DNA from: an uncultured Desulfospira sp.
GTDB taxonomy: Bacteria; Desulfobacterota; Desulfobacteria; Desulfobacterales; Desulfobacteraceae
Reading direction: 5' to 3'
Length of the DNA: 64,000 nt
NCBI GenBank assembly: GCA_963663165.1
Contig: OY760175.1
Coordinates: 4,448,001-4,512,000 of the forward strand
The notes beneath the pieces are model-generated. The model made no database searches and was not told the origin of the DNA. It worked only from the letters and a program-made list of their open reading frames with translations. Positions 26,747 through 36,935 of this stretch are shown one piece after another; position 1 is the first letter of the stretch; each line of letters begins with the position of its first letter. Position numbers and translations under genes: made by a program.

Positions 26747-28102
26747 ATGAATCCTGGAATTTTTAGGGAATACGATATTCGTGGCGTGGCTGGCACAGAC
26801 ATCCTGGACGAGGATGTGACCAACATCGGTAAAGCCTATGGAACCCTTCTGCTCCGGAAGGGAAACAAGAAAATATCCGTGGGCAGGGATTGCCGGCAGA
26901 CGTCAGACCGGTATGCTGACCTGTTTATCCAGGGCATTACGTCAACGGGATGCGATGTGGTGGATATCGGGATCTGCCCCACACCGGTGCTTTATTTTTC
27001 CATTCACCACCTTGACCTTCAAGGCGGTGCCATGGTGACGGCAAGCCACAATCCCCCGGAGTATAACGGGTTCAAGATGATGAGCGGCCATGACTCCATC
27101 CATGGTGAAGGGCTTCAGGAGGTCCGGAAGGTCATTGAGGCAAATGACTTCACCCAGGGGCAGGGAACAAGGACACAGGCCGATGTGATCACCCCTTATA
27201 AGGCCAACATCCTTGACACCATTGCCATCAGCAAACAGATCCGCATCGGCATTGATGCCGGCAACGGCACCGGCGGACTCACCGCCTTGTCTGTTTTAAA
27301 GGATCTGGGCTGCGAGGTCCATGACCTTTACTGCGATTTAGACGGCACCTTTCCCAACCATGAAGCCGATCCCACCCAGAAGAAGAACCTTACCGACCTC
27401 ATTGCCCTGGTCAAGGAAAAAAAATTGGACTTAGGCGTCGGCTACGACGGGGATGCAGACCGTATCGGCGTGGTGGATAAAAACGGCAACGTGATTTACG
27501 GGGACCAGCTCATGGTGATTTACGCCCGGGAAATCCTGGAAAGAAGCCCCGGGGCCACCTTTATCTCCGAAGTCAAATGCTCCATGGTCATGTACGAAGA
27601 TATCCGGAAGCACGGCGGAAATGCCATCATGTGGCGGACCGGCCACTCGTTGATCAAGAAAAAGATGAAAGAGGAAAATGCAGCCTTGGCCGGAGAGATG
27701 AGCGGCCATATGTTTTTCAAGGACCGGTACCTGGGCTTTGATGATGCCCTTTATGCCACCTGCCGCCTTTTAGAAATCATGGCCGATACCGGCAAGGGCG
27801 TGGACGAACTCATTGCCGATCTTCCCAAAACCTTTACCACCCCGGAACTCCGGGTGGACTGCCCCGATGATATCAAGTTCGACGTGGTGGCCAAAATGGT
27901 GGCCCACTTCAGGGAAAAACAGGAGATCATTGACATTGACGGCCTGCGGGCCCTTTACGATGACGGCTGGGGCCTTGTCCGGGCATCCAATACCCAGCCG
28001 GCCCTGGTCCTGAGGTTTGAGGCCCTGACCGAGGCCCGGTTGGAAGAAATCAGAACTGAAATTGAAACCACTTTAAAGCAGATTATAGATAAGACCGCTT
28101 AA
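26747..28102 (+). CDS. Phosphomannomutase/phosphoglucomutase
   Basis: FREYDIRG, TASHNP, DGDADR, GEMSGH, VRASNT. Confidence 0.95.
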   Translation: MNPGIFREYDIRGVAGTDILDEDVTNIGKAYGTLLLRKGNKKISVGRDCRQTSDRYADLFIQGITSTGCDVVDIGICPTPVLYFSIHHLDLQGGAMVTASHNPPEYNGFKMMSGHDSIHGEGLQEVRKVIEANDFTQGQGTRTQADVITPYKANILDTIAISKQIRIGIDAGNGTGGLTALSVLKDLGCEVHDLYCDLDGTFPNHEADPTQKKNLTDLIALVKEKKLDLGVGYDGDADRIGVVDKNGNVIYGDQLMVIYAREILERSPGATFISEVKCSMVMYEDIRKHGGNAIMWRTGHSLIKKKMKEENAALAGEMSGHMFFKDRYLGFDDALYATCRLLEIMADTGKGVDELIADLPKTFTTPELRVDCPDDIKFDVVAKMVAHFREKQEIIDIDGLRALYDDGWGLVRASNTQPALVLRFEALTEARLEEIRTEIETTLKQIIDKTA

Positions 28103-28116
28103 CCACATCATACCTT

Positions 28117-29979
28117 ATGCAATTATCCGAGCCCCAGCAGAAAGCTGTTGATCACACCGGCTCCCCGGCACTGGTTGTCGCGGGAGCCGGTTCCGGCAAG
28201 ACCCGGACCCTGACAGCCAAATTCTCACACCTGATTAACATGGGCCATGATCCCAAACGGATCCTGGCCATTACGTTTACCAACAAAGCCGCCGACGAGA
28301 TGAAGGCAAGGCTCATGGACATGACCGGTCTTTCCCGCCAGGAGTTCTTATGGGTGCGCACCTACCATTCCGCCTGCCTGATGATCTTAAAACGGCATTG
28401 CACGGTCATGGGATATGCCCCCCCTGTCCAGGTGTTTACCGTGTACCAGCAGGAAAAGCTTATTAAAGAGCTGTGCGTTACCAACAATGTGGACAAAAAA
28501 CAGGCCCGGAAAATCCTGAGTGCCATATCCCGGGCCAAAAATTCAGGCAATCCCGAAAAATACCTTGACCATGGTCCCCGGATAATCGGGGTGAGAATTG
28601 ATGATTTTTTTGTCCAGTACGAGGACCGGCTCAAAGGAATGAACTGCGTGGATTTTGACAATATCCTTTTAAAAACACGGGATCTTCTGCGGGACCATCC
28701 GGATATCAGAGAGCAGTACCAGCGGCTTTTTTCCTATATTCTGGTGGATGAGTACCAGGACACCAACAACCTTCAGGAGGATCTGACCGGGCTCCTGTTA
28801 GGGCCCCACCGGAACCTTTTTTGCGTAGGCGATGACTGGCAGGCCGTGTATGGCTTCAGGGGGAGCAATGTCCGGCATTTTTTAAGCTTTCCCAAAAAAT
28901 ACAAAGATTCAAAAATTTTCCGGCTCGAAGAAAATTACCGGTCAGCCGATGAGATTGTCCAGGCGGCCAATGACATGATTGACTATAATCCTGACAAAAT
29001 GGATAAAAAGTGTTTTTCCCGGAAAAAGGGAGGCGTGGTTGAAATTTATGATTTTTTGAGTGATGCCCATGAAGCCGAATGGGCCGCCAAACGGATTTTG
29101 GCCTTAAACCGGAACGGACAGGGAATCCCCTTTGACCGGATGGCCGTGGTTTACCGGACCAAATTCTGCTCCCTGCCCTTTGAAAAAACCTTCCGGCAGT
29201 TCCGGATCCCTTACCAGCTCATGGGGGCGCAAGGGTTTTTTGAGCGCATGGAAATTCTGGACATCAACTCCTATTTAAGCGCCACCTGTTTTCCCAATGA
29301 TGACCTTTCTTTTGAGCGGATCGTGAATACCCCTAAACGGGGCATCGGCCCTGCCATGGTCAAAAAAATGGCCGCGGCCCGGCAGCCCGGCATGAGCCTG
29401 CAGGAATCGGCAAGGGCCATGGTCAAAGAAAAAATTTTAACCAAAAAGGTTCATGACAACCTGTCCGATCTGTTCGAACTTATTGACACCATCCATGACA
29501 TGGCCCCGGCCATGGCCATTCAAACCGTTATCGACCGGACCGGGTATGATGAATACCTGGAAAGCAAGACCAAAACCCGGGAGGAATATATTTCAAAAAA
29601 AGAAAATATCGAGCAGCTCATCCATACGGCAAGGCCCAAGGACAGCCTTCTGGATTATCTGGAAGAGGCGGCCCTGATCCGGGAAGATAAGGAGGACCAG
29701 GATGAGGCTGACACCAATGGCGTGGGGCTTTTGACCATCCATTCCGCCAAGGGGCTGGAGTTTGACACAGTGTTTATCGCCGGCTGTGAGGAGCGGCTGT
29801 TTCCCCACTGGCGGTCCATTGACGACGGGGACCAGGCCCTGTCCGAGGAGCGCCGCCTCATGTATGTGGCCATGACCCGGGCAGAGCGCTTTTTATACCT
29901 GACCCACGCCAACTACCGGAAAGGAGATTTCTCCACCCGGAGCCGATTTCTGGATCAGGTTGAGGAGTATCTGCGGTAA
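28117..29979 (+). CDS. UvrD/Rep/PcrA superfamily 1 DNA helicase
   Basis: AGAGSGKT, TFTNKAA, DEYQDTN, VGDDWQAVYGFRG, TIHSAKGLEF, EERRLMYVAMTRA. Confidence 0.95.
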   Translation: MQLSEPQQKAVDHTGSPALVVAGAGSGKTRTLTAKFSHLINMGHDPKRILAITFTNKAADEMKARLMDMTGLSRQEFLWVRTYHSACLMILKRHCTVMGYAPPVQVFTVYQQEKLIKELCVTNNVDKKQARKILSAISRAKNSGNPEKYLDHGPRIIGVRIDDFFVQYEDRLKGMNCVDFDNILLKTRDLLRDHPDIREQYQRLFSYILVDEYQDTNNLQEDLTGLLLGPHRNLFCVGDDWQAVYGFRGSNVRHFLSFPKKYKDSKIFRLEENYRSADEIVQAANDMIDYNPDKMDKKCFSRKKGGVVEIYDFLSDAHEAEWAAKRILALNRNGQGIPFDRMAVVYRTKFCSLPFEKTFRQFRIPYQLMGAQGFFERMEILDINSYLSATCFPNDDLSFERIVNTPKRGIGPAMVKKMAAARQPGMSLQESARAMVKEKILTKKVHDNLSDLFELIDTIHDMAPAMAIQTVIDRTGYDEYLESKTKTREEYISKKENIEQLIHTARPKDSLLDYLEEAALIREDKEDQDEADTNGVGLLTIHSAKGLEFDTVFIAGCEERLFPHWRSIDDGDQALSEERRLMYVAMTRAERFLYLTHANYRKGDFSTRSRFLDQVEEYLR

Positions 29980-30173
29980 GCCCCTGACGCAAAAAAAACT
30001 TGACTTGGCCATGGGAATTGATAATATCCAAAATGCCGTTTTTCTTAATAACAACGGCTATGGTTTTCAAATGATTGATTTTATTGATGGTTTTGCTTGT
30101 TTCGGCGACACAAAGGGTTGTGCTGACGGACATCGGTAATCGACAATCAAAATTTTTAAATTTGGAGCAAAAA

Positions 30174-30722
30174 ATGAAATTAATGAAGAAATTGGGATTG
30201 ATGCTGGTCATATTGTTATTGGCCGGCACTGTGGGGACTGCTGGCGCCGCGACGTATGATCTTATAGATGATAGGGATATCGCTCTTTTATCGAACGGTA
30301 ATCGTGACTCTTGGGAGTTTAATTTATCAGATTATACAAATATTGAATCAGTATCTTTGATAATCTGGGCGAGTGACATTGATGATGATTCTAATTGGTC
30401 AACTTTTGAGGTGGCTTTTGAAAGACTTATAGTGTCGGTAAATGGTTCTTTTCTCGATTACATGAGGGATGGCGATGGTGCCATTTGGAATGATATTTCT
30501 TCATATTTGAATGAAGGTCCTCTTACAATAACCGTCGAACTGGAAACGATTACGAATATCACGGGCTATTCTTTCGATGGTGTAACCGCCACTAAAGCAA
30601 AACTCACAATCGAAGGGGAGAAGACATCCGACCCGCAGGATCCGGTTCCCGTACCCGGCTCCATTCTTCTGCTGGCCAGCGGCCTTACAGCTCTGTTGGG
30701 ATTCCGGAGACGCCTGTCTTAA
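30174..30722 (+). CDS. VPLPA-CTERM (PEP-CTERM-like) exosortase-sorted surface protein
   Basis: Signal peptide MKLMKKLGLMLVILLLAGTVGTAGA; C-terminus PVPVPGSILLLASGLTALLGFRRR; GGAG RBS. Confidence 0.85.
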   Translation: MKLMKKLGLMLVILLLAGTVGTAGAATYDLIDDRDIALLSNGNRDSWEFNLSDYTNIESVSLIIWASDIDDDSNWSTFEVAFERLIVSVNGSFLDYMRDGDGAIWNDISSYLNEGPLTITVELETITNITGYSFDGVTATKAKLTIEGEKTSDPQDPVPVPGSILLLASGLTALLGFRRRLS

Positions 30723-30751
30723 AAACTAAACTGTTTCAAGCACATAAAGAT

Positions 30752-30786
30752 AAAAAAGCCGGCGGAGAATTCCGCCGGCTTTTTTT
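30752..30786 (+). terminator. Intrinsic terminator
   Basis: aaaaaagccggcgga-gaat-tccgccggcttttttt. Confidence 0.9.
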
Positions 30787-30832
30787 GTCGGCTATTTTCT
30801 GCATAAAATATGGTATAAGGGCGTACCCTAAA

Positions 30833-30915
30833 TTAGCTATTAGCCATTAGCCGTTAGCTTTTGGGCGGCATCGGCTTGCTAATGGCTAACAGCTAACCGC
30901 TAACCGCTAACCGCT
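30833..30915. repeat. Family A heptamer inverted repeat
   Basis: ttagctattagccattagccgttagc...gctaatggctaacagctaaccgctaaccgctaaccgct upstream of the MFS gene. Confidence 0.85.
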
Positions 30916-30940
30916 TTCACAAGAAGGAACCCGAAACAGG

Positions 30941-32203
30941 TTGTTTATGGATTTTTTTTATACCTTGAAAGAGCCGGTTTCCAAGCTTTCTTCCATGATT
31001 TTCAAGCAGGGCGTCAGGATCATTCCCTCGGATCACAAGCAGGTTTTTTTAACCCTTTTTTTTGCCATTTTTGCCACCATTACCGGGGTAGGGGTGGTGG
31101 TTCCCCTGCTGCCGGTATATGCCCATGGGTTAGGGGCTACCGGTGTCTATGTGGCCATGATCTTTGCCTCCCTTTCCCTTTCCCGGACATTTTTTCTGCC
31201 CGTATTCGGCCGGATGTCCGACAAAAGAGGCCGCAAACCCTTTATCGTGTGCGGCCTGTTTTCTTATGTGCTGATATCCATCGCCTTTTTGTTTTCCAAA
31301 AGTGTTGAGCAGCTGATCATTATCCGGTTTTTTCAGGGGATGGGGTCTGCCATGGTCATGCCCGTTGTCCAGGCCTATGTGGGGGAGATCACCCCCGAGG
31401 GGTCTGAAGGATATTCCATGGGGTTGTTTAACCTGTCCATGTTTTTGAGCTTAAGCTTAGGGCCGCTCATGGGCGGATTGATCAACGATGTCTGGTCCTT
31501 GAACGGTGCCTTTATCTGCATGGGGGTGTTGTCCGTGGCCGGGCTTTGTTTATCTGTCTTGTATCTTCCGCCGTTGTCCGAGGAAAAACTGAACACCAGA
31601 TCCAAATCCCCGGTCCCGTGGTCGGTCCTGCTCAAGGATTGGGAGCTTTCAGGTCTGTTTCTTTTCCGGTTCGCCTATACCGGGTGCATCGGGATTATCT
31701 GGTGTTTTCTGCCCCTTTTTGCTGACACGGCCTTTCACCTTTCCGGATCACAGATCGGCCTGCTGGTCATGATGGGGGTGTTTGTATCCGGGGTGTTGCA
31801 GCTGCCCATGGGATATGCGGCAGACCGGTTCAATAAAAGCGCCATGATCATTATTGGCGGATTGATCGCAGGCCTTGGCATGTTCATGGTTTATGTCTCC
31901 GGCTCTTTTGTCCATCTTCTGTTAGCGGTTTCCCTGTTCGGGGTCGGGGGCGGCATCTCCATGCCGGCGGTGACGGCATTGGCCGTCATCAAAGGGGATT
32001 TGTCCGGCGCCATGGGGTCTATTATGGCGGTGATGACCGTGGCCCACAGCCTGGGCATGTTTACCGGCTCTATCCTGGCCGGGCTGGCCATGGATTTTTT
32101 CAACCTGGGCCTGGCATTTCCCTGGGGGGCCCTGTGCATGGTTCTGGGCGCGTTGGGGTATCTGATATTGGGGATGAAACATTTTAATAGGAGAACACCA
32201 TGA
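30941..32203 (+). CDS. MFS transporter (DHA1-like)
   Basis: About 12 hydrophobic segments, motif A GRMSDKRGRK, RFFQGMG, GYAADRF; start uncertain. Confidence 0.9.
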   Translation: MFMDFFYTLKEPVSKLSSMIFKQGVRIIPSDHKQVFLTLFFAIFATITGVGVVVPLLPVYAHGLGATGVYVAMIFASLSLSRTFFLPVFGRMSDKRGRKPFIVCGLFSYVLISIAFLFSKSVEQLIIIRFFQGMGSAMVMPVVQAYVGEITPEGSEGYSMGLFNLSMFLSLSLGPLMGGLINDVWSLNGAFICMGVLSVAGLCLSVLYLPPLSEEKLNTRSKSPVPWSVLLKDWELSGLFLFRFAYTGCIGIIWCFLPLFADTAFHLSGSQIGLLVMMGVFVSGVLQLPMGYAADRFNKSAMIIIGGLIAGLGMFMVYVSGSFVHLLLAVSLFGVGGGISMPAVTALAVIKGDLSGAMGSIMAVMTVAHSLGMFTGSILAGLAMDFFNLGLAFPWGALCMVLGALGYLILGMKHFNRRTP

Positions 32204-33138
32204 CCTTCAAACCATCCATAGGCTTTAAAGCCAAAGCGAGAATCGGAAAAACAATGGCCGAGGCTTTTTATAAAAAGGCCGGTAAAAGGCTTGGGGCACA
32301 GCTATATACCCACAAGGGCAGAACCCGTATCGAGTGGGCCAAAATTTCATCGGGCAACCCCGAAACCCTGCTGCTGGTCCATGGGTTTTCAGACCGGAAA
32401 GAAAGCCTTTATTTCACCTCAAGGGGCTTAACCAAAAAATTTGACATCATTATTCCGGATCTGCCCGGATTCGGGCAAAGCAGCGCAGACCCCAATCTGT
32501 TGTACAGTCTGGACAATTACATCCTCTGGCTGGGGGAGTTCATTGAACAGACCGGTCTGGATTCTTTTCACCTGGCCGGCTGTTCTCTGGGCGGGGCCAT
32601 TGCCGCAAAGCTTGCCGCAGCCTTTCCCGCAAAGGTAAAGACCCTTTCTTTAGTAGGACCGGCCGGCTTTTACCAACTTATCGGCAGGTCCATCTATGAC
32701 GATGCCCTTGCCGGCATTAATATTTTTGAAATCGAAAACCCTGAAGAATATGAGGCCCTGCAAAACCGAATATTTAAAAAAAGGCCGGCCATACCCGTCT
32801 GTGTCAGGGAACACATGATCAGCCATGCCATAGAAAACAGGCTCTGGTACAAGAAGCTTTTAGATGAACTCATGGTTCTGGATGCCGTATCCTCAGACCC
32901 GCAAGCCCTGGAACAGGCCTCCCTTAACCATTTGTGTCCGGACCTGACCATGCCCGTCATGCTGCTCTGGGGCCGCCACGACACCCTGTTCCCCTGTGAA
33001 ACCGCCCATTTTTTAAAAGAACGCCTGCCCCGGGCCCAGGTTCACATCTTTGAGGAATTCGGCCACGCCCCCCATTTGGAAGGGCCTAAGGCGCTGGCAG
33101 ACCGAATTCTGGCATTTATTAATTCGCAATCCTTTTAA
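32200..33138 (+). CDS. Alpha/beta hydrolase (lipase/esterase-like)
   Basis: LLVHGF, PDLPGFG, nucleophile GCSLGG, WGRHD, GHAPH. Confidence 0.9.
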   Translation: MTFKPSIGFKAKARIGKTMAEAFYKKAGKRLGAQLYTHKGRTRIEWAKISSGNPETLLLVHGFSDRKESLYFTSRGLTKKFDIIIPDLPGFGQSSADPNLLYSLDNYILWLGEFIEQTGLDSFHLAGCSLGGAIAAKLAAAFPAKVKTLSLVGPAGFYQLIGRSIYDDALAGINIFEIENPEEYEALQNRIFKKRPAIPVCVREHMISHAIENRLWYKKLLDELMVLDAVSSDPQALEQASLNHLCPDLTMPVMLLWGRHDTLFPCETAHFLKERLPRAQVHIFEEFGHAPHLEGPKALADRILAFINSQSF

Positions 33139-33209
33139 GTTAAACGCCGGCTGCCGCCGGGATCTGTATTTGATCCGGCAGCAGCCGACTTTCGTTTTCC
33201 GGCGTTGGA

Positions 33210-34046
33210 TTATGCGGTTTTCCACCAGAGCGTCATGCCCTGCCAGGTATAGGGGAGAATGACTTTACCATTCTTTTTTTCCACCACAGTTTCATAGTAA
33301 TCTCTTATTTCAGACACCTGTTCCTGGGACAATTTCGGCATTCTCATGGTGAAATCAGCCACCATGTCGTCCAGGCTGTCAAAGTGATGTTCCATCTTTC
33401 CCGGGAAAACATCCACATTAGGATAGATGCCCTTTTGATAGAGAAGGTTGAAAATAACGTTTGCCTGGGGCATGCCAGGATATTCCATATTAAACAGGGT
33501 TTTAAAAATATATGTGGAATCCTTATCCCATGAGGGCGGGCCGGCAAACCAGAGCAGAAAAACATGGCCTTTGGACACTTTGAGCATCTTTTCAATGGCC
33601 AGGCCAATGTCCGGCATCCCCAGAGAAAAAGAGGCAACAACCACATCAAAGTAAGGTGAAAGGTCTTTTTGTTCGTCAACCTCTTCCCATTTCTTTTGGA
33701 CGCAGTCAACATTGGTCAGGTTGTTGGCCTTGATGTTCTCACGGAGTACTGCGGCCATGGCCCCTGACGGTTCTACGGCGGTAATATGCCCCACCTTAGG
33801 GGCTAAAGGGATGGTCAGGGTGCCGGGGCCGGCCCCCACATCCAGTATCCGGGAGGTTTCATCAACCGGGAAGGTGTCCAGCAGATCGTTTATCCATCCC
33901 TGCTCATTTAAGACCATCTGCCAGTAATTGCGGGCTGACGCCTCATTATCAAAGGCCCGGGCACAGTCTGATCCCCCCATGGCGGCAACCATAGCTGCCA
34001 TTTGTTGTTTCCAAATTTCATTCCAGTCCATCTGATTTATTTTCAT
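33210..34046 (-). CDS. Class I SAM-dependent methyltransferase
   Basis: ILDVGAGPGTL, TAVEPS, FDVVVAS; directly downstream of the TonB-dependent receptor. Confidence 0.9.
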   Translation of the reverse strand: MKINQMDWNEIWKQQMAAMVAAMGGSDCARAFDNEASARNYWQMVLNEQGWINDLLDTFPVDETSRILDVGAGPGTLTIPLAPKVGHITAVEPSGAMAAVLRENIKANNLTNVDCVQKKWEEVDEQKDLSPYFDVVVASFSLGMPDIGLAIEKMLKVSKGHVFLLWFAGPPSWDKDSTYIFKTLFNMEYPGMPQANVIFNLLYQKGIYPNVDVFPGKMEHHFDSLDDMVADFTMRMPKLSQEQVSEIRDYYETVVEKKNGKVILPYTWQGMTLWWKTA

Positions 34047-34060
34047 TTTAAATATTCTCC

Positions 34061-36190
34061 TTAAAACTTATATCCGAGACTGATGCCAAATACCCTGCCG
34101 ACGGCCGGAATTTTGTATTCTTCTTCGTAATCGGTATCAAAAACGTTGGTGACATACAGTTTGACCTTGGCCTGCTGGTTTAAAAACCGTTGCTCAAATG
34201 CCAGATCCATGGTGGTAAAGGCGTCAATTTCCTGGTCCAGGCTGGTTTTTCTCTTGTCCACATACCGGACATTGCACATCAGGATACTGTTGTCGAAAAT
34301 GGCGTAGCTTAAGCCTAAAGCGGCTTTATGTTTGGGAAGCTGGTAATGGTCGTCGTAAAGCTGGCTCTCATCCACCTGGGTCGGGCCCAAGTCCGACTCC
34401 TGGTAGGTGTAGTTCAGATAACCGTTAAGCCCGTCAAAAAGGCTGAACCGGATTTCGGCTTCAATTCCTTTCAGCTTGAGATAGTCGGCATTAAAAACCA
34501 TATCTTCAATATTGCCGGCGGCAAGCAGGGCATTATAGTTCTGGTTAAACATAACGTAATTGTCGATATCATAATAGTAACAACCCAACCGAGCGGTAAT
34601 GTCTTCAGAAACCTTCTGGATAATGCCGCCTTCATATTCCATGGCGGTTTCCTTATCAAGGTAGATGCCTGTAGGAGCGCCCATCCAGAGCACTTCCATG
34701 CCCGTTGGGGTGCGGAACGCCCGGCTGATGTTCAGATACCCTGTGGTTCCGGGCCGAAATTCATAGTTGAGACGGGATTTGGGTGACCAGACATCGGTAT
34801 CCTCGGAAAAATCTTGATCTTCATATCCTGGATAGGATGCTTCAATTTCCATGTCGACCTTGTCATAACGAAGCCCTAAAGTCAGGCTCAGCTTATCCGT
34901 TATCTGCCAGGCATCCTCAATAAACGCTGCCTTATGGGTAATCATCTTGGCTGATGGCACATGCCATTCCATCATTCCCCCCATATCAGCGTTATACCCC
35001 AGATCATATTCACGCCCTTCTGCACCGATGGTGATATGATGGGCATCCGTCAGATAAAACCGGTTATGGATAATCCAGCCCCAGTCATCAAAGGTAACAT
35101 CCATGGGATAGTCATAGAAGCCGAAATAAGGGCTGTAATTGTAATGGCTTTCATCTCGGAATTCTTCAGATTTGTACAGGTGGAATTTCCAGTCCCCTAT
35201 GGGGGTGGACTGTTCATAGAAAAGATCAAAATATTCGGTTTCGCGTTTTTCAAAACTGTCGCTGCCCGGGTAGTTATTGCTTGATCCGGTCAACGCTTCA
35301 ATAACCGGATAACTGGAATCGTAAAAGCCTCCTGCCAGAACGTCGTCAGGATCATTAACCACATAAGGTTCCTTATCCTGGAAACTTCCCTTGTATCCAA
35401 AGGTCAGGCGGCCCTCAAAGGGAAAGGTATAGGATAAACGGCAGTTGACATCCTTGAGTTCATATTCACTGTTTTTCAGGTAACCGTCAGACGTCCTGTA
35501 AGCCCCGCCAACCGCATATCCAAAGGATTTAATGTTTCCTGCCAGCCCTGCTGTGGCTTTCTGGGTACCGTATTCGGAGATATCCACCATGACATTGGCC
35601 TCGGGCTTTTTGTCTTTTTTGGTGCTTCCTTTTTTGGTTACGATATTAATGGTACCCCCAATGGTTTCTCCGTAAACCGCTGAATGCCCGCCACGGATGA
35701 CTTCCACCCGCTCCACATTTTCCAGGGTCAAAGAGTTCCAGTCCACCAGTTTGTCCGAGAAACCCCCGGCATTCCGGATGGGCCGTCCGTCGATGCGGAG
35801 TAAAATCCGCCGGGCCCCCATGCCCCGTATTTTGACCACATCCTTCCCATCGGACAGGGTCTGGTCCCCCCGCTGAATATCGATGCCGGCCATGCTTTCC
35901 AGAATGTCCTGTACCGTGGTGGGGGTTTTGGCGCTTTCATAGGTCTCAATGACCACGCTGGTGGCGGTAGGGTCAATGGCGATACCCATGGCCTCACCTT
36001 CTCTGTCCGAAGTGACCACAATTTCGCCCAGCTCACAGGCTTCCTGGCTGTTATCATCAGAAACCGCCTGTGACGAGGTCCCCCATGCCGTCATGGGCAC
36101 TAGTATAAAAATCCCCAAAGCCGTCGCTATCATGCCCTTTCTCCAAGAGCCCGGGAACAGCCGTATTAACGTTTTGTCCTGCTTTTTCAT
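34061..36190 (-). CDS. TonB-dependent outer-membrane receptor
   Basis: Signal peptide, ELGEIVVTS TonB-box-like, IRGMG...IDGRP, VERVEVIRG..SAVYG...GGTINIVTK, NVFD..Y, C-terminal Phe. Confidence 0.93.
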   Translation of the reverse strand: MKKQDKTLIRLFPGSWRKGMIATALGIFILVPMTAWGTSSQAVSDDNSQEACELGEIVVTSDREGEAMGIAIDPTATSVVIETYESAKTPTTVQDILESMAGIDIQRGDQTLSDGKDVVKIRGMGARRILLRIDGRPIRNAGGFSDKLVDWNSLTLENVERVEVIRGGHSAVYGETIGGTINIVTKKGSTKKDKKPEANVMVDISEYGTQKATAGLAGNIKSFGYAVGGAYRTSDGYLKNSEYELKDVNCRLSYTFPFEGRLTFGYKGSFQDKEPYVVNDPDDVLAGGFYDSSYPVIEALTGSSNNYPGSDSFEKRETEYFDLFYEQSTPIGDWKFHLYKSEEFRDESHYNYSPYFGFYDYPMDVTFDDWGWIIHNRFYLTDAHHITIGAEGREYDLGYNADMGGMMEWHVPSAKMITHKAAFIEDAWQITDKLSLTLGLRYDKVDMEIEASYPGYEDQDFSEDTDVWSPKSRLNYEFRPGTTGYLNISRAFRTPTGMEVLWMGAPTGIYLDKETAMEYEGGIIQKVSEDITARLGCYYYDIDNYVMFNQNYNALLAAGNIEDMVFNADYLKLKGIEAEIRFSLFDGLNGYLNYTYQESDLGPTQVDESQLYDDHYQLPKHKAALGLSYAIFDNSILMCNVRYVDKRKTSLDQEIDAFTTMDLAFEQRFLNQQAKVKLYVTNVFDTDYEEEYKIPAVGRVFGISLGYKF

Positions 36191-36259
36191 CCGGTTCTTC
36201 TCCTTTTCAAATCAGTAAATAATTAAGAACAACTCCTTTCTCGTTTCAGCGCTACAAAT

Positions 36260-36315
36260 AAAAAAAGCCACGGAAGACTATTCCGGAATTCCGGAATAAA
36301 AAGCCTCCGTGGCTT
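36260..36315 (-). promoter_or_regulatory. Leader hairpin with U-tract (possible attenuator) upstream of the TonB receptor
   Basis: Minus strand AAGCCACGGAGG...TATTCCGGAATTCCGGAATA...CTTCCGTGGCTTTTTTT, about 70 nt before the ATG and downstream of a TTGACA near 36402. Confidence 0.6.
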
Positions 36316-36475
36316 AATTTCTAATTAGACAACAAATAAAATAAGAACTGCCTTCTGGCAGATATTGACAGGTCTGATAGTATAAAATTTTGATTATGTC
36401 AAAGAATTAAATGTTTTTTTGCCCGGCACCAGACGAAACAAATCGAATCAAGGGCGTCGCCCTCTTTTTTATATG

Positions 36476-36547
36476 CTCACGCAAAGTCGCTAAGGCACAA
36501 AGAATAACAATGCCCAGGGCAATTTAAACTTTGCGCCTTTGCGTGAG
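36476..36547. repeat. REP-like inverted repeat (CGCAAAG units)
   Basis: ctcacgcaaagtcgctaaggcacaaag...ctttgcgcctttgcgtgag. Confidence 0.75.
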
Positions 36548-36633
36548 TTTTTTTAAGTGCATGGTAGTATGCCTGCTGAAAACACCACGTTCATGGCTGT
36601 GGAGGATCGAAGAATATGGAGATCTATTATTTC

Positions 36634-36672
36634 TTGACAATTCAAAATAAATCTGTACAGTAAACTGTACAG
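36634..36672 (+). promoter_or_regulatory. yefM-yoeB promoter and autorepression operator
   Basis: TTGACA-N16-TACAGT; two CTGTACAG palindromes (36653, 36665) 12 bp apart, matching the TGTACA core and spacing known for YefM-YoeB operators. Confidence 0.8.
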
Positions 36673-36683
36673 GAGGTGCCGGA

Positions 36684-36935
36684 ATGGAAGCCATTACTTA
36701 TACAAATGCAAGGCAAAATCTCGCTAAAACCATGGAAAAGGTCTGTAATGACCGTGCCCCCATCATTGTGACCCGAAAATCTTCAGGTTCTGTGGTCATG
36801 ATATCACTTGAAGATTATGAAGCCCTTGAAGAAACCGCCTATCTTCTGCGGTCACCAAAAAACGCCAGGCGTCTTATCGAATCCATCGCCCAGCTTGAAA
36901 GCGGTAAAGGACAGGAAAGGAAGCTGCTGGAGTGA
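36684..36935 (+). CDS. yefM: Antitoxin YefM (Phd/YefM family)
   Basis: ITYTNARQNLAKTM...PIIVTR...SLEDYEALEETAYLLRSPKNARRL. Confidence 0.97.
   Translation: MEAITYTNARQNLAKTMEKVCNDRAPIIVTRKSSGSVVMISLEDYEALEETAYLLRSPKNARRLIESIAQLESGKGQERKLLE

Noticed and set aside
30000..30025. Sigma54 promoter for the VPLPA-CTERM gene
   Set aside because: TGGCCATGGGAATTGA lacks the GC at the required -12 spacing
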